Shown piece by piece: positions 44,032 to 56,712 of a stretch of DNA of 64,000 nucleotides. The notes under the pieces were generated by a model. The model was not told the DNA's origin, made no database searches, and was given only the letters and a program-made list of their open reading frames with translations. The DNA lies in contig CM022665.1 in the NCBI GenBank assembly GCA_012295275.1, forward strand, positions 434,001 through 498,000, given 5' to 3'. The DNA comes from Chrysomallon squamiferum (lineage: Eukaryota; Animalia; Mollusca). Positions within the stretch are counted from its first letter, which is position 1. Every line of letters begins with the position of its first letter. A program made the position numbers and the translations under genes.

Positions 44032-44660
44032 TTTTTAACTTTAGACAACTTTAGACTTCTGTTAATTGTCATGTTAATTGACCTGTTATTCTACAGTTAT
44101 TTCATTTAGTGCATAGAACCAGGAAAGTATTATATAAATTGTAATGAAAGATTATTGAAAGTAATAAATATTAATTAAGAGACAATTAAAATAATGTAAT
44201 ATTTTGTAATTACCTTTTTTCTTCTTTTTTTTAAAATGACAGTGAATTAACAAGAGGACGCAATAAATTATTATTTTTATTTGTAGCTGGCAATATCAGT
44301 ACTCCTATAATATATCAGTAATGACATTGAAAATGAGCTATGTAATCCATGATTTAAGAGGGTAAAACAACAACAAAAAAATACTTGCCATCATTAAAGT
44401 TAATATAACTTTTAAAGACAAAGAAAAGGAACAAAAAGCAAAAAAAAATAAATAAATAAATAAATTTAAAAAATAAATTAAAAAAATAAATAATAGTAAT
44501 AATAATAATAATAAAACACAATTTGTTTGAAAAAAGAAACGCTCTAAGTAACAGGGGTTGAACAGAAAATGTAATAACCAGACCCCATTCATTTTATTAT
44601 AAATGATTAGACGATTAAACACAATTATAACATCCCATTATCCCCAGTGAAAATGTTACA

Positions 44661-47374
44661 TTAATCATGCCTTTTCTTGTGCTGAAATGAAAAAAACTGA
44701 ACTTCTCCATATTCATTTGCTATCACTAGTTTCTCACTGGAAAGTGGTGCCACACTTCGTGATCCTTGCACGTTTGTTATTTGACCTTGAAATGTACCAT
44801 CGACAGAAAATTTTGCCACAGCCGCATTTAGGTATTTTCTAAAGTTAGGTATACCAAATACTCTTTCTGCTGGGAACCATCCACCAATATTTTCAATGAA
44901 ATAACCCAACTGTCTGGAACTAGAATAATAATAAGTAAGAATTTTGTTCGAAAGACCAGCCGTATACCAGTTTCCTTCAGAATCCACAGCAACTCCTAGA
45001 GGGCGGTCCAGAGGCAGCCAGTAACCTCCCTTTGTGAAAACTGTGTCTTTGTGACGATTAATGACCAACATGTGTCCATCTGAAACGTGTAAAAGACGAG
45101 AAACTCTGTTGTAAGCAATCCAGTGAAATTGATCGTATCTGTTTCGATTGCTTCTTTCTGTGGAGGTTTCTGTCAAATATTTCCAGTTAGAATCATAAAA
45201 TTTCAAATTTGGTTGACCTACGCAACCTACAACATAAAAATCCTCCACTTTCACAATGTCCACACCGCATCCTTGTTGAAAATGTATATCGGAGACAATT
45301 CGCATCGGGGTCCGTAGATCAATAACAATAGCTTTACTTTCCGAGGGCAAACCCACAATGACGTGAGTACTGTTAACTGTGGTAACACCCCGAGCAACCC
45401 AGGGTATCGACAGCTGACCAAGCACTTTTCCGTTTGGTCTGAAATGCTTGATGGTGTTCCTGAAGTAGAATGTACCGAAGAGAGTTCTGTTTCCTACTGC
45501 CGCTATGTCGTGAATGGCGCAGTGGGTACGTTCTTTACACACGTCACTTCTGTTACGTTCTTTAGCCAAGTTACTCCAAGATTTGACAGACTGCTTTTTT
45601 AATTCTTCTTTTTCTAATACAGAAAAACAAAAGAAGACAATACCACTACAGATCATATACTTTAGATTTTGAGTAATTGGTGTTTCAAATTCTAGAAACC
45701 AATAAAATAGTAAGTTATTAATTAAAAAACCCAGTAAAAATGTAGCGCTGTAAAATCAGTTACTTCATACGTTACTCCTGATTATACACATACTGATTTG
45801 TTAACCCATCCCTAATATATTTGATTCCATACTGCAGAATGTCTGTGAAAAAGAAAAGTTTAGAAACAATTTATTTTGAGTTGTATATAAAATCTTAATT
45901 TAGTATTTCTTAACCCCATAAAAGAAGTTACTATGAAATAAATTTAAGTACATTTGCACAAAAGAAAATTTTCTACTGGAACATACGTATTAACACTAGG
46001 ATCTAAAATGTATTGTACCAAGAAACCGAGAACATATTTATCTTTCACTGAAACCGTTAATCAAACATTCACTAGTGAGAAGTAGATCATATGTAGACAG
46101 GGATACATGTCACAAGATAATGGTAATGGATACTGAAAACATTGTCATGTTAATTATGTTGGCCATTAACTATCTCAGTTAACAACATAAGAAAAAATTA
46201 AACTGAATATATATATATATACATTACCATTTGTAACAGAATGTAAAAAAAAAGAAAAAAAAAAAAAAAAAACAGAAAATAAATAAATAAATATTATAAC
46301 AAAAAAGATTAAACAACATAAAAAATATATATATATATATAAAATATTTAAGAAAAAAAAAAAACAAAAAAAAAAAAAAGAAAACGAAACACAAAACTAG
46401 ATAACTCATTATTTTTAATGCAGATTAATAATAATAATAATATTAATATTTTGTTGTTGTTTACTTAATTTCGTAAATTTCAAATATAAAATACCATCTT
46501 GATGAGAAAGGATGCCCCAGGTTCTGCTGCGGACCATTCCATAAGCTTGCATCAAGTTGTACACTGTGTGGTTTGCAAAGGGAAGTAACAACGTTGAGGT
46601 CCGCATTTTCCTCTGTCGTTCACTGTTAAGAAAGTGTTTCAGAATAGTCAATCTGGTTTCAAGGTATTCCAACTGTTTTGACACCGTTATTGCAGCTTCC
46701 GACTCAGTCTACAGTAAAGTAGATACTTATAGTGTAACATAATGACAAGGTCTACAATAAAGTCGACAGATATAATGTAACATAATGACAAGGTCTACAA
46801 CAAAGCAGATAAGTATATAGTAACACGATGACAAAATCTACAATAAAGTTGACAGATGTAATCTAACATAATCACGAAGTCTGCAATAAAGCTGATAACT
46901 ATAACGTAGCATAATGATAAAGTCTACAATAAAGTAGGTGATTATGAAGCAAGGTAATGTAACATCTATAATTAGTATGCAGATGACAAGTATAAGTAAC
47001 ATAATGCAGTAAAGTAAGTTATTATGATGTAACGTAATGAAGTTGACAAACAGTGTAAGATAATGACCAAGCCAGTGTAAACATGGATTATTGTAATATA
47101 ATATAACAAAACTGCAGCATAAAAAATTGACTTAGTTTTGAGTAAACTGGGTAGTTAACTGTAACAAAATCACTGCAGTGCTGTTTAATGATTAATCAAC
47201 AATGAAGCATTCAGCTGTAATGTAATACATTAACATAACGAACAGTAAAATAGACAAATAATGTCTTAGGTTTGAGTAAAATAGACGATATTACTGTAAT
47301 ACAAGATATTCAGTGGCGTTGAACAGTGCTGGAAACAGAGTAGAGGAATAAAATATTTCTATATGCTAAATGTT

Positions 47375-47411
<37 letters not shown>

Positions 47412-48104
47412 GGAATCTGGAATTAAAAAATTAAATTACATATTAAAGAATGCACGAAACGGGGTGACTGCTGGTTGTTCTTTGGTAAAGAGATTTCTGA
47501 CTTTATTTATTATTATTATTATTATTATTAATTAATTAATTTATTTATTTATTGTTATTATTATTATTTTAACATATTTACTTTTTCTTATATAGAAAAC
47601 CACATAGCATGGCCTTTGGTGTACGCATAGTGGGCCCTGGAGTGAATCGAAATATCTCCGTCTATATATCCAATTAATACTTTCTTAGCTCTTATCGTCG
47701 TTTTATTTTTATTTTTATTATGATAATGATGACTTTTAAACAACAAGAAAATTACTTAAAATGTCACTACTCACCACCAAATCATCCAGTGTCGTCATTC
47801 CTAGTGAATCCAGCAGTAATTTTCTGAACTTAAGTCCTTTCTTGTGTATTCTCGTACCCAGGTCGCTCAGCGTTCTGTTAACTCTGAGTTTTCTCGTTCT
47901 TTGCACTATATTGTAATGTTCTTTGCGTAACGCTACAACAGTCCTCTTCGAATCAAACAGCTCTGAAGAGAACATCCGTTTCCATGGATGCAAACCATCA
48001 ATTAACTTTTGTTCTATATTAGGTCTGACACGAGGCCTTCCTAGCTGGATTTGAAATAAACACAAAAACACCGTCATTGTTGTTAAAATACCAAGTCCAA
48101 ACAT
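44661..48104 (-). CDS. Putative secreted helical-stalk + NHL-like beta-propeller protein, paralog B (498 aa, 3 exons)
   Basis: Exons 48104-47775 (330 nt, donor gtgagt, phase 0), 46708-46495 (214 nt, phase 1) and 45613-44661 (953 nt) join into one open frame. Hydrophobic N-terminus MFGLGILTTMTVFLCLFQIQLG. NHL-like blades, e.g. LDRPLGVAVDSEGNWYTAG, WIAYNRVSRLLHVSDG, KFSVDGTFQGQI. Confidence 0.85.
46707..47100. repeat. 43-bp minisatellite in intron 1 of paralog B
   Basis: Core (G/A)TCT(A/G)CAATAAAG at 46707, 46750, 46793, 46836, 46879 and 46922, a weaker copy at ~46964, then decay. Confidence 0.9.
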
Positions 48105-48758
48105 TTTGGAAATTAAAAATGGTTATCTTTGTTATTCTTGTGTATTTCGGAATCACCTCATAGTTTATTGATCAGCTTTGAAATTTAATATTCAGAAATA
48201 TTATATATTTTTAGAGATAAATTACTGTTGTATAGTTTAAAGATAATTTAGTTCTTCGGAATAGTTATTCAGTTTTGTGCGCATTCTGATAATGACTTTT
48301 CAGATGACAAAAATGACGGTCACCATATGCCAGGCGTTAAGAGGTCATTTTGCTGTAATCAGTCGAGATATGAAATAGTGGATTTTGGTTTAGAGTTACA
48401 CATTGTGAGAGTTCCAGAGTTTTCATTGTACACGTTGTAGTATAAAATTTCATCGTTCTCGATTTCCATTGTATATTTAACATTCAAATTAAGGCATATA
48501 ATAAATAAATAAATACAAACCAAACAAACAAAGGATACAAGTTTTTATTTCCTGAATATGAAAATGATTATTTGTATTTTAAAAATTAAAAAATATATAT
48601 AGATAAGAAGACTGATAGATATTTAAGTACTAAGGTTACTTCTTATTTACTAGACATAATTATCTGTGACTTGTATATTACCAAGTTATTATTTCTTGAT
48701 ATATTTGGCAAATATTTATAATTCCCAAACATTTAAAGATCTTGAATAATGTAAACCT

Positions 48759-48816
<58 letters not shown>

Positions 48817-49749
48817 TAATGTTTTTAGTACTGTTTTGTTATTATTATTATAAAGGTTGTTCTTAAATAATGTAAATTTACTAGTTCTCTATAAAGGTAT
48901 ATTTGTTTGAAAAAAAAAAAGATTTGTATTTATTTATTCCATTTGTTATTTCATAATATTATAAATGCTGTTGGTACAATAGTTTCCATGACCTATTTTC
49001 CACCTTATTGTTACTAATTTATATGTCCTATATATAGATCATTTAGCCTAAAAATCAAAAAATCATCCCAGTTTGTTTTTTGTTTTTTTATTATACCGGT
49101 TCTGTAAATGTATCTTACATGTGACATACACTGACAAATACATTTACATACACACATACATACAAACAGGAAAACACATATATATATACATACGTGTGTA
49201 TATGCCTACATATCTATCACATCACACTACAGCATATATTCTAGCATAAAAAATAAAAATAAAAAAAAATAAAAAAATAATATATATGTATATAAAAGAA
49301 AAAAAAAAAAAAAAAAAAAAAGTACAATTTAAAGTTATATAAACCGTTGGAACGATTATGACATCGGTAGAAATGTCCGGGGCGCGTTCCCCCTGAAAAA
49401 GTTTGGAAAAATTAGTTTAATGGCTTCTGACATTATAAATAATATTTGATTTTGATAAAATGTGTTGCTGTTTTATATAAAATACGGTCGATGTAAAGAG
49501 AATGAAGGTTATTTATCAATGACTATTCAGCATATCTTGGCTGGCATATTGAATAGGAATATTAATTATGTAAATCTACATACAAATCTAATTTTAATCT
49601 ATAACGACAAAACTGATTTGGTAAAATTCTTTGGACGACGATTTCAACAAGGGTGGCGACTGCTGAATCTTATAAGAAACAACAATAGCTTTAAAATAAA
49701 ACTGATATAAATGTAACATAACTGAGATGTTAAAAATGATCTCAGATTA

Positions 49750-50847
49750 TTATCGAAGGCTGACAATATAAATAAAGCCGGTGGAAGAACCGATGAGGAA
49801 TTTTTGTTTATAAAGTCCGGAATTCTTCGGATTCTTCAGCCATGCAATAGCTCGCGGTGAATTTATTTGAAGTACATCCTCCACGTATTTACCAGTTGGG
49901 GAAAGTCTAACAACCACATTCTCCAGTTCGTCACAAACCAACCAGTCCCCATTGGGGTCAGTTAACATTCCTCTGGGAGTAATGGTATCCGTGTCTTGAG
50001 TTGTCCAGAGTAGGTTTCCATACTCGTCAAAACTGGACACGCCAGTAAAATTGAAATCAGAAACCATTATCTGCCGTCTTAGTGCATTAACCGTCAAAAA
50101 CCAAGGATTTATGAGCAGCTCCTTTTGTGAATCTTTCCATATCATTCGAACCCAACGCCATTCCTTGGTGTAGATTCTGATGGAATTAGGTCTGTGACAC
50201 AGCACCACGTAATAGTCGTCCAAAATATCGATGTCCCAAGCGCATTCTGAGTCGAACTTAATGTGCGCTCTAACGTCGATGCTACGTCCGAATGAAAGAA
50301 GCATTATCGTTTTATTCTGGGGAACTCCGATTAATGCGTGAGTGGAATTTAGGCCTAGGGACCCGCGTAAATACCAAGGGAACGCCAATTCATTCAGAAG
50401 TAGGCCATCTCGCCGGAAATGACGTATGAATTTATGCTGAAAGTAAGTGACAATGAAAGAATAGTCACTAAGAGGTGTGATATCTTGAATTTCACATTCT
50501 GGTTCAACAGGCGTGCAAACTTTAATTTTCACTTCGAGCACGGCTTTAGGCTGGTCTGAAAACTCTGCAAATATGAAACATTATATTTTATTTCAAAATC
50601 CACCCTGGCAGTTTTCTTTTCCTTCTTTCTGTTACTTTTATTATTATTATTACTATTATTATTATTTTTTCATTTTTTAAAATAAAGTGTGCATTATAAT
50701 TATATCTGTCAAATTTATTTTTATAAACAGTTTATATTACCCTGAAATGTGAAAGAAACTATAAGGCATTACGAGTATGGATATTTCACTTGTAAATTCG
50801 AAGTTAGTTTTCACTTATTATATCTCTACTTTAAAGCTTTGCTTAAA

Positions 50848-50932
<85 letters not shown>

Positions 50933-51992
50933 AATTAAAACATTTCTATTACCTGGCCGTGAATTAACCGGCATCCACTGAACGGTTGTGGGTAGAAAAG
51001 CGTCCAGCTTCTGCTCATCAAAATGTGTGAGGAAAAATATTTCGTGTCTTAGCCGTTCCGCTTCATCTGTCAGTTTGAGAGGATATTCCTTTTCTTTCTT
51101 CAGGTAGAACTTTAGCTGATTCTTATGTCTCTCTAACTCAGACAACCGTTTCCTTGTATCGACCATTTCTTTCTGAAATTAAAAAGTTTACCAGTATAAA
51201 TTAAGACATTTTTCTACCAGGTAGAATATTTTAAGATATGGTTAAGACAACTGCATAACGTTTATAGATACAAGATCATTATACTTTTACAAACACCATA
51301 AATTGTGCCTCAACATAGACTTAAAAACGATATCTCTTGTTTAAAAATGTATTTTTAAGACTTTGTATAACCGTATGGCAACCAAAACATAATCCTACTC
51401 ATGCGATAGTCATACGAAAAAACAAAACAAAAAAACCACACAAACAAAAATAATAATAATAAAAAAAATAAAAATAAAAAATAAATAAAAAATAAATAAA
51501 CCATCATCATCATCATCATTTATTACCATCTAATGTCTATCACGTTCTCCCTGTAATTAAGAAATCTTTCAAAAACTAGCTGTTATTTTTGGAAACCGAA
51601 CAGAATTACTGTATATATAACATTTGACTATTTTATATAAGTGAACATACCTCTGACCTAAACGCGTATCGAGCACTTTCGAGTTTCTTCTTTAAAATTT
51701 CCAGATTATAACTGTATTCTTTTATATCAGCCTTCAGTGTTAGGATCTCTTCATTCTTTTTCCCCATTGAATTTTTCTTGAATTGACCAATCTTGCATTT
51801 TGTCTGATAAAGATCCCAAAGGGCCATAAATTCTTTTCTTTCTTGCGAAATTTCATCTCGTAAAATGTCCAGCTGATCTTGTAGTTCCCGTTTTAGAGAA
51901 TGTATTTCCTGTCTAAATATTCTTTCTTTTTCTCTTTCCGCAGAAACAAGTACGAACAACAAAAGAAATTCGCGGGCGTAAATCCACATCAT
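49750..51992 (-). CDS. Putative secreted coiled-coil + NHL-like beta-propeller protein, paralog A (458 aa, 3 exons)
   Basis: Exons 51992-51651 (342 nt, donor gtatgt, phase 0), 51172-50953 (220 nt, phase 1) and 50564-49750 (815 nt) join into one open frame. Signal-like MMWIYAREFLLLFVLVSA|E followed by an E/K/L/R-rich heptad region. NHL-like blades PWFLTVNALRRQIMVSDF..GVSSFDEYGNLLWT, TPRGMLTDPNGDWLVCD..NVVVRLSPTGKYV, SPRAIAW. Confidence 0.88.
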
Positions 51993-52058
51993 GTTACGTT
52001 AAAAATAAATATGCAGTGGTTCTTTCTCTGAACAGCGACACATTCAGTAACGTTGCCC

Positions 52059-52064
52059 TTTATA
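52059..52064 (-). promoter_or_regulatory. TATA box of paralog A
   Basis: Minus strand reads GTATAAAGGGC about 70 nt upstream of the ATG at 51992. Confidence 0.45.
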
Positions 52065-52161
52065 CAGCTTTGTTAGCAGTACATGTAATATATATATAGT
52101 GGTTGTGGTATGTATGCATGTGCACATATGTACGTGTGTATGAATGTGTAAGTGTGTAGGT

Positions 52162-52165
<4 letters not shown>

Positions 52166-52250
<85 letters not shown>
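52166..52250. repeat. (GT)n(GA)n compound microsatellite between the divergent genes
   Basis: Read directly. Confidence 0.95.
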
Positions 52251-52251
<1 letters not shown>

Positions 52252-52425
52252 AATAAGCTATGATTTATTCGTAAAGTACATATATATACCAGAGTACTCA
52301 AACAGTATATATAAAACATCAAGTTTTTATATCTCGATTAAAGTTAATATTAAAAGTCTGTAAATACATATTGATACTGTAGTCTCGAATTTATTTGTGT
52401 AAAATCATAACAATTGATATTTCTC

Positions 52426-52462
<37 letters not shown>

Positions 52463-52926
52463 ATCTATACACACACACATTTGTGATTACGTATACGACC
52501 TACACAGTGTTCCCTTTTAAATTAAGCTATTTGCGTGAGTGCGTGTGAATATATTTTGGTTTTTATCCTAAATAGTAATAATTTAATTATAATTTTGTTT
52601 AATACTGTCTCAGTTTACAAAACAAACCAAATTAATTTAAAAAAAAAAAAAAAAAATAACAAATAATAATAAAAAAATAAACAAAATAATATTATACAGT
52701 ATAAAATTACAACTATAATATTCTTTCAGTTATATTTGTAAAATTCTGTCATATTCCTGGAAAGCGCATTTTAATAAAATCACAGTTACTCTCGTAAAAT
52801 ACTAGGAAGAAAACTAAAGTCAATTGTTTACTTTAGTAAATCACAGTTATTCCCCTTGCTATCAGACCAAAGGTTTTGTAAAACAGCTTTTACTTTTAAT
52901 TAGATCAAGCGCATTCGTCTTTTGTC

Positions 52927-53104
52927 ATGTCGTCCTCCAGTGTCAGTAAAATGTTCATGGACGGAAAAATCGGAATCATTGGCAGGTAAAGAAAAATCTC
53001 AATAAAGAGTGATTTGTATGCGTTTTGTGCTTCTTAATGGATAGTGTCGTGACAATTATTGGGTTGCCTTTCTCCTATTATATTGTCAGTGGCGGTAATG
53101 TTAA

Positions 53105-53149
<45 letters not shown>

Positions 53150-53238
53150 GATATAACAGTGAAATTATCATTGGATTGTTTAACAATAATCCATTAAAAT
53201 AAATCGGCAGGACATTTATGTCAAAAAAAAAATGTGTA

Positions 53239-53277
<39 letters not shown>

Positions 53278-54336
53278 TATATATCAAAATTCATTCTCTT
53301 TACACATAAACACACAAACACACACACACAGAAGAGAGAGAGAAATATATATATACAGGGGGATCTTGCGTTCTGTCGGAGGTCTGTATCTACAGACCTA
53401 CGTATGGCAATATTCAATACAAATCAGAATTGCCATAACCTAATCACTTTCCTAAAATAAAACACCTTAAAGTCATACATACATATCAAGAAATACAACT
53501 AGGCCATAGGAAAATGAAACAGAGAACATAATTATAGTACAGAAACTGACACCCCCCCAAAAAAAAAAAACACCTGTAATAAAAATTTTAAAAAATATAT
53601 AAAAATGAGAACAATCCCCAAAATGACAAATGAAGCTGTTCATTCTGTACAGGTGATTAAAAAAAAAGAAGGTAAAAAAGAAAATAGTTCTTTACCTTTT
53701 ATCCTGTGGTTGGCTTGCACACTGGAAGGGGCACTGCAAGGAGGTAGAGACAGTGGAGCATGGGAGTCAAGAGAGGCTGCAGAAGGTGATACAGCAGATT
53801 CAGAGGAAGAAGATGGACAGGCTTGAAGAGGAACTGAAAAGACAGTTGAGATACCAGCACCTGCTGCAGGACTTTTACTTTCATGAAGAAACTTTCCAGG
53901 CTAGTCTGGAAAGAAACCATCTTCTTCTCCTCATACATCTCCATATAACACTGCAGGCAATCCATACCCCTCAGAAGACTTCAGTGTACCTAGCAGTGTT
54001 GGGATCTGTTTGAATTTTACGTCAAGTCAAATTTGATTTTTAAACTTATTTATGGGATTACCACCAAAAGTTGAAATAGTGCATGTTGAGGACAACATAG
54101 GTCAAGGACTTCCTGTATATATATTTACTGTATAAAATCAGTTATTCAAAACAGCAATTAAGATTTTCAGGTTTATTTGAAATATATTTTATATGTTTTC
54201 TGAAGGGCATTACTTGAATCACCCTGCAAAGTTTGCTTATTATTTACAGTTATGCTAGCATAATTTTCAACAATGATGCCAGATTTATTTTGTCAACTTT
54301 TAAAATTTGTTTATTATTAATTAATTAATTAATTAA

Positions 54337-54367
<31 letters not shown>

Positions 54368-56679
54368 TACTATTACTATTACTATTACTATTACTATTAC
54401 TATTACTATTATTATTATTATTATTATTATTTACAATTAATTTTTTTAATTTTATTACTCAGTGGTTTAATAGGTCAGATGTGGGCTATGATATTTGCTG
54501 GAGCTGGTTACCAGGTGGCACTGTTTGATATTGATCCAGAACAGTTAAAGAAAGCTATGCAGCTTATAAAAGGATACCCTCGTAGAGTTTGAAATTAAGG
54601 GTAACCTGAGAGGATCTCTGTCTGCTTCTGACCAGTTCGCACTCATCACTGGAAGCAGTGATCTTGCAGATTGCATGAAAACTGCAAAATATGTTCAGGT
54701 TAGACTTTAACTAAAATTATATCCAGTTTGAGTGTTATATATATATATCATACAGACCATGAGTCTGACTCCCTTTCTCTATCTGTTGTCAGCTGATTAA
54801 ATGTTTGGATCATTAAACTCTTTCTCACTCAGTTCTATAGTTAGTTTTAAATACTTTGTTGTCATTATTTATTTCCAAATTATTATTTGGTTTTTCTTTT
54901 ATTACTATTATTACTTCTGCTACTGCAACTATTATTACCACTGCATCTATTAATGCTGCTTTATTTATTTATTTGTTTGTTTCTAATAGGAATGTGTTCC
55001 AGAGTCTTTGGAACTAAAGAAAAAGGTTTTTCAACAAATGGACCAGCATGCTGCAGCCGGTATGGTTCTAGCCAGTTCAAGCAGTTGTATCATGGCCTCT
55101 CAGTTTGCATCTGATCTCAAACACAGAGAGCAGATTCTCATAGCACATCCTGTAAGCTAATTTCAAACACATCAAGCATTAATTCTTTCATTTTGAATTT
55201 TTAAAAAATGCATTTTGTATACTTTGAAGTTATTGTTTTATAGATGAAACCAGTATTTGTTAAAAATAAAATAGATCAATAAAATATTATTTGTAAATAA
55301 AGCCAGTTATTTTTCTCTTTGCACATCTAGTCAACACTGAGGTTTGATGCTATGTTTATCATCGTGAAATACTGGTAAGAACATATAAGTTATGGACTGT
55401 TAACACATATAGATATAATAATTTTGTGGTCATGTTCAATTAAACATTGCATTAAAAGTTTTATATTCACCAAGTGTCCCCAAAACAAATTTAAATTGCA
55501 AATGATATTTGTGATGTTTTTTTGTGTAAGTGAAAATGAACACACTAATGACAGCAAGCTGTTGTGAAGCACGTCTGTGACAGTCACGCTGTCTGTCACA
55601 GAGAAATCAGTTTTAATTTTGTTTCTGTGTGAATTCAGGTAAATCCACCATACTTTGTTCCTCTTGTTGAGCTAATTCCCTCACCATGGACTGATCCAGT
55701 GATAACTCAAAGGACTCGCGACCTCATGGAACAAATAGGTCAATCACCTGTAACTTTAAACAAGGAAGTGGCAGGATTTGCCCTCAACAGAATACAATAT
55801 GCAATTATTAATGAATGCTGGAATCTCATACAGGTGAAAGTTTGCAAAATTTTCTGTTTTAAATATTTTGAAGACAATTTTGGTTGTAATATAAATTGAA
55901 ATAGTTATAAATATGCAGTAATAACTGATAATGGCATAAGCTTATTAGTTTTGTGTTAATTGTTATGTAAATCATTTATATTTAGTAGATAAGCAGATTA
56001 TATGCTACTGACAACATTCAAAATTGAGTCCAGTCGTTGAAACAGTTAAACAGAAATTTCATATTTAACTATCTGTTAAAAAGCAAGCCGTTAAAAGTTT
56101 AAGGAATATGATATTAAAAGAAGTTTTAAATTAAATGTCTTATCTAGTTGCTGAATCAGTGCAAGGTTGCTGGTGAAAACTAAAACTGTAAACGTTGTAA
56201 AATAAACTTTAATTCAGTGTTAACTTTGACAGAGGTATTACACAACTTTAAATATTTGTTTTATATTTGTGAAATACATATATATATATATGTGGTGGCA
56301 TAGGATAATCAGTCACATGGTGAAAATTATGGAATAAGATAAACCACATTCTACAGATCAAAATACTTTTTGAATTATCCAAATGGGATTAAAACTTTGA
56401 GAATAATTTCGGATTTCTTTTCAAAGAATTAGGTCTTTTCATAAAACATTTCTCCGTATCTGACTGGTTATCCTATGCTGCGACACACACATACATATAT
56501 TAATTTAATGATAAATAACAAAATTGATTTTTTTCTGATGAAAAGTAAATAGGTGAATAGCTATAACATGAGCTAGTATTTACTCTGACATATCAAAATA
56601 GTAACATGAAATGAAGGCCTGTCTTTGCAAAACTGTCATGCCAGTGTCTGGCACCTGGGTGTTTTGAAATGTAGAAATA

Positions 56680-56712
<33 letters not shown>

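Noticed and set aside
46707-47100. CRISPR-like regular spacing
   Set aside because: Whole 43-bp units are similar to each other (no unique spacers), the context is a eukaryotic intron, and there are no cas genes.
48156-48161. Upstream ATG AG|gtgatt mini-exon for paralog B
   Set aside because: The nearest plausible acceptor (~48045) gives an immediate TAG. The ATG at 48104 yields a signal-like peptide and an exon size matching paralog A.
44661-50541. Horizontal transfer of bacterial-like propeller ORFs (long, CpG-rich exons)
   Set aside because: Both are terminal exons of spliced genes with shared intron phases. Lack of methylation explains the CpG content more simply; a phylogeny would be needed for any HGT claim.
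53605-54013. Three overlapping ORFs inside CRYL1 intron 1 as a nested gene
   Set aside because: Explained by a TA-flanked Tigger-like remnant with broken frames.
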